From an uncultured Chloroflexia bacterium (lineage in GTDB: Bacteria; Chloroflexota; Limnocylindria; Limnocylindrales; CSP1-4): a DNA stretch of 64,000 bases. The translations under genes were made by a program, and so were the position numbers. Under the pieces are notes generated by a model. The model worked only from the letters and a program-made list of their open reading frames with translations. It made no database searches and had not been told where the DNA came from. Below are positions 36,507 through 46,700 of this stretch, in pieces (the stretch's first letter is position 1; every line of letters starts with the position of its first letter). Location of the stretch: positions 293,708-357,707 of the forward strand of contig CAVTMH010000003.1 of the NCBI GenBank assembly GCA_963735785.1, written 5' to 3'.

Positions 36507-37382
36507 TCAGCCGCCGGCGCGCCATTGTGCGGAGGTCAGGGTCAGGCTCCCGATCAGCGATCGCCAGTACTTGCCGACCCTCGGCGGATCCATGTGGACG
36601 CGCGCCCAGCTGGTCCGGCTCGAACTGAAGTAGAAGTCACGGGCGCCGCTCGCGGACGGATGATTCGTGAAGATCGAGTTCATCGTCCGTGAGGACTTGA
36701 ACAGGGATCTGATGGTGAACGACACGCTCGAGATCGCCTCGGCGAACACGGCCTTGGCGCCGGCTCGCAGGAACCCCGCACCGTAGTTGTCGACCCGCTT
36801 CATCGCCGTCGACTTCGTCGGGTTGGCACTGCCCCATTCCGAGTTGCCCGAGGCGTAGCAGAGTCGGTTCAGGATCACCACCGCGTTCTTCGCCATCTGG
36901 ATGTCGCGATCGATGTAGTACTCGCCGAAGTACTTGACGTTGGAGTTGCCGTTGCCATACGTCGCGTTCAGTCCCATCCCGTCCTTCGTGTAGCGCTGGA
37001 AGGCGCCGTACGGGCTGGGATAGCCGTTGCCGTGGCCGAGGTAGATCAGGAGGTTGGCGCCCTGGGCGGCTGCCTTGACCCTGGACCACGTCGCGTAGGG
37101 GCTGTAGATCTCCTTCACGGAAGCCCCATACGACCGGGCGATCGCTGCGTAGGTCTTGGCACTGCTGCGGTAGTCCGCCGTGCTGGACCCGACCGGTCCA
37201 ACGACGACGACGACCTTGATGGTCGCGGCGTTGGTCTGCTGGGGGTTCGCCATCGCGCCGAGGCTCACGACCAGCGCGGCCATCAGGGCGAGTGCGGCCA
37301 GGCGAAGTGACCGGTGACTGGACGCCCGCTGGACGCCGTTCGTGGGTACCGGCAAGATCCTTGCCTCCTTCTTCCGGAACAT
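36507..37382 (-). CDS. secreted caspase-fold (clan CD, C13/C11-like) cysteine-peptidase-like protein
   Basis: The ATG is at 37382. The signal peptide reads …LRLAALALMAALVVSLGAMA. The region TIKVVVVVGPVG…LLIYLGHGNG (His-Gly) …AVVILNRLCYASG (Cys) matches the clan CD catalytic dyad order. The family assignment is tentative. Confidence 0.5.
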   Translation of the reverse strand: MFRKKEARILPVPTNGVQRASSHRSLRLAALALMAALVVSLGAMANPQQTNAATIKVVVVVGPVGSSTADYRSSAKTYAAIARSYGASVKEIYSPYATWSRVKAAAQGANLLIYLGHGNGYPSPYGAFQRYTKDGMGLNATYGNGNSNVKYFGEYYIDRDIQMAKNAVVILNRLCYASGNSEWGSANPTKSTAMKRVDNYGAGFLRAGAKAVFAEAISSVSFTIRSLFKSSRTMNSIFTNHPSASGARDFYFSSSRTSWARVHMDPPRVGKYWRSLIGSLTLTSAQWRAGG

Positions 37383-37835
37383 CGCGCCGTGAGGCGCGAT
37401 GACGGTGGTGGAGCCGCCACGAGGCAGGGGCGTAGGCACGCACGACGGACGACCATCCATTCGCGGCGAGCGCGAACGAAGGGGTGACGCGGTCCGGGGG
37501 AGCCGAACCGTGGCCGTCGGGTGAGGGGACACCCAACGAGATCGACAGGGTCCTGCCGTTGGGGCGGCGAGTCTTTTGTTGTGCCTGTCTGTCGGGTATC
37601 TGCAAGCCTGGGGGGCTGGCGCCAGTATGGCAGCGCGACACAACACCTGTCAGTGCGCCATATGTACGGGCGCCGACTCGTCCTTAGGGCCGGTGCATCC
37701 GGGCTCCAAACCAGCCGATTTCGGCTATGCTCCGGGCGGCCCATGGACGGCTGCGCCCAACGCGCCGACCGACGCCACCGTCGCGCTCCCACGGACACCC
37801 GCCCGCGACGGCCAGGGTCCCTGCAGGAGCCACGC

Positions 37836-39101
37836 TTGACCTTCGACTCGCTCGGCCTGTCGGCCGATCTCCTCAAGACCGTCATCGAGGAGGGTTACAC
37901 AGAGCCCACACCCGTCCAGGCAGCCGCCATCCCACTCGTGCTCGCCGGCCGTGACGTCCTCGCCGCCGCGCAAACGGGCACCGGCAAGACCGCGGCCTTC
38001 ACGCTGCCGATCCTGGACCGGCTGCGCCCGCACGCCAACACGTCGTTCTCGCCGGCGCGCCACCCCGTACGCTCCCTGATCCTCGTCCCCACCCGCGAGC
38101 TCGCGATGCAGGTCGACGAGAGCGTCCGCACCTACGGCAGGACCGTCCCGCTCCGATCGACCGTGGTATACGGCGGCATCCCGATGGACCCCCAGATCAG
38201 GGCGCTGCGCGCCGGGGTCGAGATCCTCGTCGCCACCCCGGGCCGGCTGCTCGATCTCGTCGGCCAGAAGGTCGCGAACCTCGGGCAGGTCGAGATCCTC
38301 GTGCTCGACGAGGCCGACCGGATGCTCGACATGGGCTTCCTGCCGGACATTCAACGGATCATCGAACTGCTGCCGAAGCGCCGCCAGAACCTCATGTTCT
38401 CGGCCACCTTCTCCGACGACATCCGGCGCCTGTCCGGGACGATCCTGCGTGATCCTGAGACGGTCGAGGTCGCGCCGCGCAACACGACGGTGGAGGGCAT
38501 CCGCCAGCTGGTGTATCCGGTCGACCGCGACCGCAAAGAGGCCCTGCTCGCCCACTTGATCCGGTCGGGCGACCTGCACCAGGTCCTGGTGTTCACCCGC
38601 ACCAAGCTCGCAGCGTCGCGACTCGCGTCGCGTCTCGACCGGGATGGAATCGACGCGGTCGCCATCCACAGCGACCGGTCGCAACCGGAGCGAACCCGCG
38701 CCCTCGAGGGGTTCAAGACCGGGGACATCCGGGTACTCGTCGCGACCGACGTGGCGGCCCGCGGCCTCGACATCGAGGACCTGCCTGTCGTCGTAAACTT
38801 CGAGCTGCCGTGGAACCCGCAGGACTACATCCACCGCATCGGCCGGACCGGCCGAGCCGGGGCATCGGGCGAGGCACTCAGCCTCGTCTGCATCGACGAG
38901 GTGGACCTCCTGCGCGGCGTCCAGCGCATGCTCAAGCACGCCATCCCGTGGACCGTCGCGGAGGGGTTCGTGCCCGACCGCGAGGCGGAACCGCGTCCGC
39001 TCGGGATGCGCAGCGGCCACGCCCGTGTCAGCCAGGAGCATCACGCCCATCGCAAGCCCGTCCGGCGCCGCACGGGCGCGGGCAGCCGGGGCGCCCGATA
39101 G
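37836..39101 (+). CDS. DEAD-box ATP-dependent RNA helicase
   Basis: The start is a TTG 6 nt after AGGAG. The Q motif reads FDSLGL…GYTEPTPVQ. The motifs [21 protein letters not shown] and HRIGRTGR are all present. The C-terminal tail is basic. About 450 bp of 5' leader precedes the gene. Confidence 0.92.
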   Translation: MTFDSLGLSADLLKTVIEEGYTEPTPVQAAAIPLVLAGRDVLAAAQTGTGKTAAFTLPILDRLRPHANTSFSPARHPVRSLILVPTRELAMQVDESVRTYGRTVPLRSTVVYGGIPMDPQIRALRAGVEILVATPGRLLDLVGQKVANLGQVEILVLDEADRMLDMGFLPDIQRIIELLPKRRQNLMFSATFSDDIRRLSGTILRDPETVEVAPRNTTVEGIRQLVYPVDRDRKEALLAHLIRSGDLHQVLVFTRTKLAASRLASRLDRDGIDAVAIHSDRSQPERTRALEGFKTGDIRVLVATDVAARGLDIEDLPVVVNFELPWNPQDYIHRIGRTGRAGASGEALSLVCIDEVDLLRGVQRMLKHAIPWTVAEGFVPDREAEPRPLGMRSGHARVSQEHHAHRKPVRRRTGAGSRGAR

Positions 39102-39111
39102 TCGACGCGAC

Positions 39112-39699
39112 CTAGGTCGCGCTCGACTCGGTCTCGGTCATCGGCACGGCGACGGGCTCTGGATCGGACGCGGGCGGTGGCTGCCGCTCCAGCGCATCGG
39201 TCTCCGCGGCGTCGGGCATCGCGGCACCCGGGAAGAAGAAGCCGAGCATGATGTCGGCCTCGACCCGCTCGACCGCGTAGCGATTCACGAGGGCCTCCGT
39301 GCCGATCGTGGCGAGGGTCCCCTCCAGCAGCCCGAGGCGGGGGTCGCGCAGGAGGACGAACTCACCGTTCGGACGGGCCAGGGCCCGGTCCGGGTCGTAG
39401 CCGGGGAGCGTGGGCAGCTCGCCCTCGACCACGTAGGGCCCGACTTCTATCCGGAGGGCGTGCCAGCTGGCGTGGACCGGGATCGCGGACTCGCCGTCGG
39501 CGACGGCCACCAGGACGTCGTCGATGGCGATCGTGAGGTCGGCGGCCGGGCCTGCCTGGAACGCGCCGAGCGGCTGCCAGCGCACGTCCTGGAGGGCAAG
39601 CTCGCCAGTCTGCTCCAGGGTCTCGCGCAGATGTCCGGGGCGCGTGACGAGGCCGCTGGCCTTCCCCCCGACCGTGTATGCGTCGACGTGAATGGACAA
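39112..39699 (-). CDS. hypothetical protein
   Basis: The ORF has protein-like composition and no recognisable family. It lies downstream of, and on the same strand as, the beta-lactamase-family gene. Confidence 0.45.
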   Translation of the reverse strand: MSIHVDAYTVGGKASGLVTRPGHLRETLEQTGELALQDVRWQPLGAFQAGPAADLTIAIDDVLVAVADGESAIPVHASWHALRIEVGPYVVEGELPTLPGYDPDRALARPNGEFVLLRDPRLGLLEGTLATIGTEALVNRYAVERVEADIMLGFFFPGAAMPDAAETDALERQPPPASDPEPVAVPMTETESSAT

Positions 39700-39808
39700 T
39701 GTGCCCCCGCGAGCGTGGCGTCAGGCTGCGCTACTCCGTGTCAGAGGTCAACAGCCATGTGTACCCTCACCCGCTGGTGCGATGGTCCCACGCCCATCAT
39801 TGCGAGCG

Positions 39809-41206
39809 TCAGCGCTGGCTCGTGCAATGCACGCACGCCGCCTGGGCGCGCGCGGTCTTGAGCAGGGCCCGCACGAAGATGCCCGGGTCGGTCCTGCTCT
39901 GGTTGGTCAGGACCGCGATCGCGATGTCCTCCTCGGGCAGCCAGCGCACCGCCGAGCGGAACCCGAGCAGCCGTCCTGAATGACCGAGCGAGGGCGCGCC
40001 GTCGATCTCGAGGCGCTGGACCCCGAGCCCGTAGGGCACCCGTGGCTTGTACGGCTCGGTACGGCTGATGTCCCCGAGCATCGCATCGACCGACTCCGGG
40101 GCCAGCACCACACCGGCATACAGGGCACGGACCCAACGGGCGAGGTCGGTCGAGTTGGAGGCGAGCCCGCCAGCAGCCGCGGCGGCCGTGACGACGGACG
40201 TGAACGGCATGAAGGGGCTGCCGTCCGAGAGGTCGATGGCCGGCGCGTTCTTCCCCGCAGACGCAAAGCGGTAGCCCCGGGCGCGGTCGGCGGGCGCATC
40301 CTCGGTGGGCTGGTACCAGGTGTGACGCAGCCCGAGCGGCCCCAGGAATCGATCCCGGATCTGCTGGGCAAGCGGCGCCTCCCCGACGCGCTCGGCGAGC
40401 ATCCCAAGGACGAGGTAGTTCGTGTTCGAGTAGTGCCAGCCCGTCCCGGGCTTGAAGTAGGCCTTCCCGACATGCTTGAGCGCGTCGGCCGTGCTCCAGC
40501 GTCGCCCGGGTTCGCTCAGCAGCTTGCGGTCGATGGCGGGATGGAAGAAGTAGTCCCGCAGCCCGCTCGTGTGGTCGAGGAGCTGGCGTACGGTGATCCG
40601 GGCGTTGACGCGCAGGTCCGGCAGGTACGTGCGGACCGGCTCGTCCAGCTCGATGGCTCCCTCCTGCGCGAGCGCAAGCACGAGCGCCGCCGTGAACGTC
40701 TTGCTGACACTGGCGATCGCGAAGGACGTCGATGTGGTCACCGGGGTCTTGGCCGCCACGTCGGCGACGCCGCTGACCCCGACCCACGAGCTCCCGTCGG
40801 GGAACAGGATCGTCACCGCGATGCCCGGCACGCCATACCGCTCGCGGAGTCGGTCGAGGCGTGCCTGCAGCGAGCTGCGAGTCGCAGCCGTCGCGGTGAG
40901 GCCGCCTCGCTGCGCCGGTCGCACGGCGATCGTGGCGACCAACGGGCGCACCACGACCGGGGGCGCCGGTAGCGGACTGGCGGGCGCCGGGCTTGCCGGC
41001 CCGAGACCGGTCCCGACCCCTTCGATCCCTTCCTCGACGATCGGCTCCGGGGTGTCGGTCGGCCGCGCCGCGGCGATCCGGTCAGCGATCCGCGGCACAC
41101 CGACCAGCGGCCCGAGAGCCACCGAACCGATGCTCGTGGCGACGACGCAGGCGAGGATCAGGAGGGCCTGCCGGACCCGCGTCCGACGCGGCCGAACAGT
41201 GGCCAT
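39809..41206 (-). CDS. serine hydrolase, beta-lactamase (class C / PBP4-like) family
   Basis: The ATG at 41206 starts MATVRPRRTRVRQALLILACVVATSIG. The SxxK motif is FAIASVSKTF and the YxN motif is HYSNTNY. The upstream part of the 794-aa ORF is junk. Confidence 0.8.
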   Translation of the reverse strand: MATVRPRRTRVRQALLILACVVATSIGSVALGPLVGVPRIADRIAAARPTDTPEPIVEEGIEGVGTGLGPASPAPASPLPAPPVVVRPLVATIAVRPAQRGGLTATAATRSSLQARLDRLRERYGVPGIAVTILFPDGSSWVGVSGVADVAAKTPVTTSTSFAIASVSKTFTAALVLALAQEGAIELDEPVRTYLPDLRVNARITVRQLLDHTSGLRDYFFHPAIDRKLLSEPGRRWSTADALKHVGKAYFKPGTGWHYSNTNYLVLGMLAERVGEAPLAQQIRDRFLGPLGLRHTWYQPTEDAPADRARGYRFASAGKNAPAIDLSDGSPFMPFTSVVTAAAAAGGLASNSTDLARWVRALYAGVVLAPESVDAMLGDISRTEPYKPRVPYGLGVQRLEIDGAPSLGHSGRLLGFRSAVRWLPEEDIAIAVLTNQSRTDPGIFVRALLKTARAQAACVHCTSQR

Positions 41207-41252
41207 GCGCAGTGCACGGTACCCCGAGTCCGTCCCGGGTACCATCCCCCGG

Positions 41253-42524
41253 ATGCGCGACACCGCTACGCCACTCTCCGCCCCGGGTCTCCTGCGCGAG
41301 GTCGGGCTCCTGCCGGACGGGCCGCTGCCGTGGGGGCGCCCGATCCCCGGGCGGTCCCCGGGCGTGTTCGTGGTGGAGCTCCCGGAGCCCGCGCCGACCG
41401 CACCGATCGAACTGACCCGGGTGGGCAAGTGGCTCGAGCATGTCCCGGGGCTGCTGCTGGACGGCGCCCGGCCCACATCGCGCGCGCTGGCCGCGCGGAT
41501 CGGGGCCTTCTGGCTACCGTCCCAGACCGTCCTGTACATCGGCGCGACCGAGGCGACGATCAGCGGCCGGCTCGCCGCCATGGGCCGGACGACGCTCGGA
41601 GACCGACGCCCGCAGTCCGGCGGGCACTGGCTGATGACCCTGCGGACGTTGCCCTCGACGCGTGTGTGGTGGACCGCGACGGAGGCCGTAGAGGAATACG
41701 AGGACGCCCTCCTGGCCGCCTTCGCAGCCGCCGTGCCCGAGGCCGACCGTGCTGGGCTTCGCGACCCCGTCGTGGTCCTCCCCTTCGCCAACCTGCGACG
41801 CCCGACCGGGGAGCGCAAGGCGACCGGGCTGACCGGCACCCTCCTGGCCGATGCCGTCGAGCCCGCCCCGCCGCCGACGCGCGTGGTCGACATCCCCGAC
41901 GGCGATGCCGAGGGCGCCCGAGGCGAACCGCCCGTCCCGCGGCGGCGCACGGCCCGGACGACATCGTCCTCCCCCTCCCCGACGTCCTCGCTCGCCGGTG
42001 GTGGAGGCAGCCCTGCGCCGGGGTCGGCGCGACGAGCGACGGCGCCACCGACGGCCACCCCCGGTGGCCCCGCCGCGACGCTGACGGCCGAGGGCGCCGA
42101 ACGCCTGCGGGCCGAGCTGGCCGATCTGACCGGGGTGCGCCGCCCCGAGGTCATCGCCCGGATCCGGGCCGCCAAGGAGCTCGGCGACCTCAAGGAGAAT
42201 GCCGACTACAGCTCCGCTCGGGAGGAGCAGTCGTTCCTCGAGGGCCGTATCCAGGCGCTCGAGGCGCGGCTACGCGACGCGGTCATCGCCGTGGTCCCCA
42301 AGGCGGGTGCGGGTGCGGACCTGGGATCGCGGATCGTGGTGGCCGTGGACGGCACGACCGACACCTATACGCTCGTGGGCACGGCCGAGGCGGATCCCTC
42401 CTCGGGACGCCTGTCCGTCGCGTCGCCGGTCGGTCGCGCGTTGCTCGGAGCCGTTGCGGGCGACGAGGTCGCGGTCGCGACGCCGCGCGGTGCGGTGACC
42501 TACCGGGTGATGTCGGTCGAGTAA
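41253..42524 (+). CDS. greA: GreA/GreB-family transcript-cleavage-factor domain fused in frame to a ~200-aa N-terminal domain of unknown function
   Basis: The C-terminal 160 aa are canonical GreA (LTAEGAERLRAELADL…GDLKENADYSSAREEQSFLEGRIQALE…). No start codon or stop separates it from the upstream domain (…IGAFWLPSQTVLYIGATEATISGRLAAM…) and the Pro/Ser/Thr linker. Confidence 0.65.
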   Translation: MRDTATPLSAPGLLREVGLLPDGPLPWGRPIPGRSPGVFVVELPEPAPTAPIELTRVGKWLEHVPGLLLDGARPTSRALAARIGAFWLPSQTVLYIGATEATISGRLAAMGRTTLGDRRPQSGGHWLMTLRTLPSTRVWWTATEAVEEYEDALLAAFAAAVPEADRAGLRDPVVVLPFANLRRPTGERKATGLTGTLLADAVEPAPPPTRVVDIPDGDAEGARGEPPVPRRRTARTTSSSPSPTSSLAGGGGSPAPGSARRATAPPTATPGGPAATLTAEGAERLRAELADLTGVRRPEVIARIRAAKELGDLKENADYSSAREEQSFLEGRIQALEARLRDAVIAVVPKAGAGADLGSRIVVAVDGTTDTYTLVGTAEADPSSGRLSVASPVGRALLGAVAGDEVAVATPRGAVTYRVMSVE

Positions 42525-42547
42525 CGACGGACTGGGTCGCGGTCGGG

Positions 42548-43213
42548 TCAGCCGCCGGTGGCGTCGACCAGCTTGTGCTCCACCGCATAGAGCGCGGCCT
42601 GCGTCCGCGACGCCAGCCCGAGCTTGCCCAGGATGTTCGAGACGTACGTCCGGGCGGTTCGTTCCGTGATGAAGAGCGTGGCCCCGATCTCCTTGTTGCT
42701 CATCCCCTGCCCCAGCAGGCGGAGCACGTCCTTCTCGCGTTCGGTCAGCGGCTCGGCCAGCTCGTCCTTGGGCGACTTGCGGTCGCGCATGCGCTGGGCC
42801 AGCAGACGGGCGACCGCCGGGTCGAGGTGGACCTCGCCGGCGTACGCGGCACGGACGGCGGCCGCCACCTCCTCCGCGTCGGCGTCCTTGAGCACGTAGC
42901 CCGACGCCCCGGCTTCGAGGGCCGACGTCACCTTCTCCTCTTCGATGAACGAGGTCATCGTGACGATCTCGATCTCGGGCAGCTCGGATTTGATCCGGCC
43001 GATCGCCGTGACGCCGTCCATGTTCGGCATGAGCAGGTCCATCAGCACCACATCCGGCTCGAGGCGGCGCGCCATCGCGACGCCCTCGGACCCGTCGGCG
43101 GCCTCGCCCACGACCTCCATGTCGGACTGCAGGTCGAGGAACACCTTCAGACCGGTCCGCACGACCGAGTGGTCGTCAACGATGAGCACGCGGATCGGGG
43201 CTGTCTCGTTCAC
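42548..43213 (-). CDS. LuxR/NarL-family response regulator
   Basis: The REC domain (IRVLIVDDHSVVRTGL…DVVLMDLLMPNMDG) is followed by a LuxR HTH (LTEREKDVLRLLGQGMSNKEIGATLFITERTARTYVSNIL). Confidence 0.92.
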   Translation of the reverse strand: MNETAPIRVLIVDDHSVVRTGLKVFLDLQSDMEVVGEAADGSEGVAMARRLEPDVVLMDLLMPNMDGVTAIGRIKSELPEIEIVTMTSFIEEEKVTSALEAGASGYVLKDADAEEVAAAVRAAYAGEVHLDPAVARLLAQRMRDRKSPKDELAEPLTEREKDVLRLLGQGMSNKEIGATLFITERTARTYVSNILGKLGLASRTQAALYAVEHKLVDATGG

Positions 43214-43291
43214 GTCAACTCCTGGCGCGTTCGCGCCATGGGTGGTCGGGCAGTCGTGGGAGGCGTCGTCGAGTCTAGCAAAGCGGGCCGC

Positions 43292-43690
43292 TCAGGCGGC
43301 GGGTCGGGCAGTCGCGACGATCGCGGCGATCAGGTCGCCGGGTCGGAAGGTCTTGCGCACGAAGCCGTGGGCTCCGCCCTCCAGTGCCGGGCGTTCGAGC
43401 GCGTCCGACCAGCTCATCGCCAGGATCCGGACGTCGGGACAGCAGGCACCGACGCGGGTGATGAACGCCAGGCCGCCGTCGACCTCCGGCAGTCGCGGGT
43501 CCACGACGATGACGTCGGGTCGATGTTCGGTGGCGAGGGCAAGGGCGGCTTCGGCCCCCCCCGCCGTGCCGACGACGAGCACTTGCTCGCCGATGGCCAG
43601 CAGCCCGGTCAGGCTCTCGCGCACCCGGTCGTCGGCATCGACGATCAGGATGCGGAGGGGCCCGTCGGCCCGGGCTGATGTTTGGGGCAT
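43292..43690 (-). CDS. stand-alone receiver (CheY-like) response regulator
   Basis: The ATG is at 43690. The REC domain is complete (LRILIVDADDRVRESL…DVIVVDPRLPEVDG…). Confidence 0.8.
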   Translation of the reverse strand: MPQTSARADGPLRILIVDADDRVRESLTGLLAIGEQVLVVGTAGGAEAALALATEHRPDVIVVDPRLPEVDGGLAFITRVGACCPDVRILAMSWSDALERPALEGGAHGFVRKTFRPGDLIAAIVATARPAA

Positions 43691-43775
43691 ATGGGCAGGA
43701 TGCGGCCCGAACCGGGCGAGACGAAAGGGACCTTCGACCGAGGATGGACCGGCCGAACGACCGACCCTCGCTACG

Positions 43776-46700
43776 TCATCCGTCGCGGATCGATGGCGTC
43801 TCCACCGGGGTCGCCGCCCGCGACGCGGCATCGCCCGCCGCCGCGGCCGCCCGCAAATCTTCGAGCGCGAGGGGCCCGAGCGTGACCTCGATGGAGGTCC
43901 CGGCCGCCGGTCGGCTCTCGCAGACGAACGTGGCGCCGACCCGGTCGGCACGCGCCCGCATCCCGGCCAGCCCGAGGTGCCCGTCCGGCACGCTCGCCGG
44001 GTCGAACCCCTTGCCGTCGTCCTCGACGCGCAAGCGGACGCCGCCCTCATGCTGCCGGATGTCGACCCGCACCTGCCGGGCGGCGGCATGCTTCACGACG
44101 TTATGGAGCGCCTCCTGGGCGATCCGATAGAGGACCTCTTCCGCGGCCAGCGGCAAGCGGTCGGCGAGGTCGCTCTCCACCACGACGGGCAGGCCCAGGC
44201 GGCCCTGCAGGGCGGCGCTGTGGGTCTTCACCGCGCGCACGAGGCCGTCCTGTTCGAGGTTGCCGGGACGCAGCTCGAAGATGAGCGCCCGCATCTCGGC
44301 GAGCGCCTCGCGCTGGAGCTCGCGAAGCTGCGTGAGGTGGGTCCGTGCCGCGTCCGGGTCTGACTCCAACAGCATCTCGACCGAGCGCGCCACGAGCGTC
44401 ATCGAGAACAGCGCCTGGGTGACCGAGTCGTGCAGCTCGCGAGCGAGGTGGGCCCGCTCCTCACCGGCCGCCAGTTCGCCCGCCTGGCGACGCAGCTCGC
44501 GCTCGAGACGGACCTGGTCGCTCACATCGCGGGCGGCGCCCTGGATGCCCGCGAACTCGCCATCCACCCAGACGCCGACCGCGCGGACGTCGACCGGGGT
44601 CCGGCGGCCATCGCGACCGCGCAGGACCTGCGCGGCCTGGACCTCCTGGTCCGGGTCGGTCGAGAGGGTCTCCCAGCGGCCGCCCGCGACCTGGATGTCC
44701 TCCGATTCGACGATCGTCAAGAAGTGCTTGCCGATGAGCTCGCTCGCAGGGATGCCGGTGAGACGCTCGATCGCGACCGAGATGAACGTGAACTCCCCCG
44801 CGGCGTCGGTCGAGAAGACCACGTCCGGTGAGTTCTGGACGAGGAAGCGGTAGCGCTCCTCGGAGCGCATCAGTTCGCGTTCGAGGCGTTCCCGTTCCGA
44901 CACGTCGCGGGCGACGCCATTGATGCCCACCAGCTGGCCGTCCTCGACCTTGCCGACGACGTTGATCTCGAGCTGGATGGGCTGGCCGGACCCATCGAGG
45001 AAGTCCACCCGGCTCGAATGGACACGCTCGGGGTCCGCCACGACGGCCGCGTAACTCGCCCCGGCGGCGTCCTCGAACCCGGGTGCCACGAAGTCCATGA
45101 AGGAGCGGCCGAGGGAGGCGTCACGGTCCCAGCCGAGGACCGTCTGCGCCCGGTCCGACAGGAACGTGTAGCGGCCCTCGGCGTCGGTGGCGAAGACGAG
45201 GTCGGGGGACGAGGACGCCAGGGTCCGGTAGCGGTCCTCCGATGCACGAAGCTCGCGCTCGAGCCGTTCGCGTTCGCGCATGTCGCGGACCGAGCCGTTC
45301 GCGCCAGCGAACGTGCCGTCGTCATTGAGCGTCGCCACGGCGATGAACTCCGCCGGGACCGCCGACCCGTCGCGATGCTGGAGGTTGATCCGCCCGCGCA
45401 CTTCCTGCGAGGGCGCGTTCATGGCGGCCGTCCAGTCGATCTCGGCGACGTCGCGCGAGGACGCATGGACGATCGCCCCGAAGTGCTGGCCGATCAGCTC
45501 GTCGGGATGGAACCCCGTCAACCGCTCCACGGCGTCCGACAGGAACGTGATGCGCGCGTCCGGGCCGATCGACCAGACGAGGTCCGGCGCGTTCTGCACG
45601 AGGAACCGGTAGCGCTCCTCCGACAGACGCAGCTCCAGCTCGAGACGTTCGCGCTCACTGACGTCGCGGACGGTCCCCTGCGCCCCGACCCACCCCCCGT
45701 CCTCGAAGACGCCGGTCGTGGTGACCTCGGCGGCGAACGTCGAGCCGTCACGCCGGACCAGGAGGAGGGGTACCCGCTCGACGAGATCCGGGTCCGCGCC
45801 CACGCCCTGGAACTTCTCGAGGGCCAGTGGCATGGATCCCGGGTCCGTCAGGAACCCGAACGGCTTGCCGATGATGTCGGCGATCGGCCACCCGAACAGC
45901 GCCTCGCCGGTATCGGCCATGAACGTGAACACCCCATCCGCGTCGGCACGCCAGATGACGTCCGGGGTGGTCTGCACGAGGCCGCGGAAACGGGCCTCCT
46001 CGCGGGTCACTCGCGAGAGGAGCCGCGAGTTGGTCAGCGCGATGGCGGCCTGGTCGGCCAGCCCCTGCAGGAGGTCAAGGTCGTCGGCCTCGAAGATGCG
46101 CGGCTCGGCGCTGGAGATGGCCAGGGTGCCGATGACCTCGCCACCGGGCGCTCGCAGCGGGGCGGCCGCCATGCCACGCAACCCGAGCCGGTCAGCGACC
46201 GCCTGGTCGTCCGGCTCGTGCGGGATGCGGGGATCGACGAGGTAGTCGAACGTCCAGACCGCGGCACGCTCCTGTGCCGCGAGGCCGTTGATCCCCGCGC
46301 CGAGCGGGAACTTCTTGCCCAGCAGCCAGTCGTGGCTGGCGACGTCATCGCCGGTCCCGGCGACGACGACCGGGACGAGATACGTCCCGGTCGGGCCCAT
46401 CCGGGTCAGGTGCGCGCCGTCCGTCGCCAGGAGCCGCTTCGCGTCCTCGACGACGCGCGACAGCACCTCGTCCGGGTCGGTCAGCGCCGCGATCCGGGCG
46501 GTGATGTCGCGCAGGGAGCGTTCGGTCTCCGCCCGTCGCGCGAGGGCCAGGCGCGAGCGTTCCAGCTCGTCGATCAGGCGGGCGTTCGTGATCGCGATGG
46601 CGGCCTGCTCGGCCAGGCCGCCGAGCACCGTCGCGTCGAAATCGTCGAACGCGTGGGGTTGCCGGCTCATGACCTCGATGGCCCCGAGCGGGCCCGATTC

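Noticed and set aside
37600-37720. RNase P RNA-like CCGGGCUCCA segment in the helicase leader.
   Set aside because: Only this short match is present. The P4 and other conserved RNase P elements (GGUAAGAGCGCACC, ACAGAAACCCGGCUUA) are absent.
39809-42193. The 794-aa ORF as a single giant protein.
   Set aside because: Only the C-terminal 465 aa, from the ATG at 41206, show beta-lactamase-family homology. The upstream 330 codons are low-complexity and overlap the divergent greA-fusion gene.
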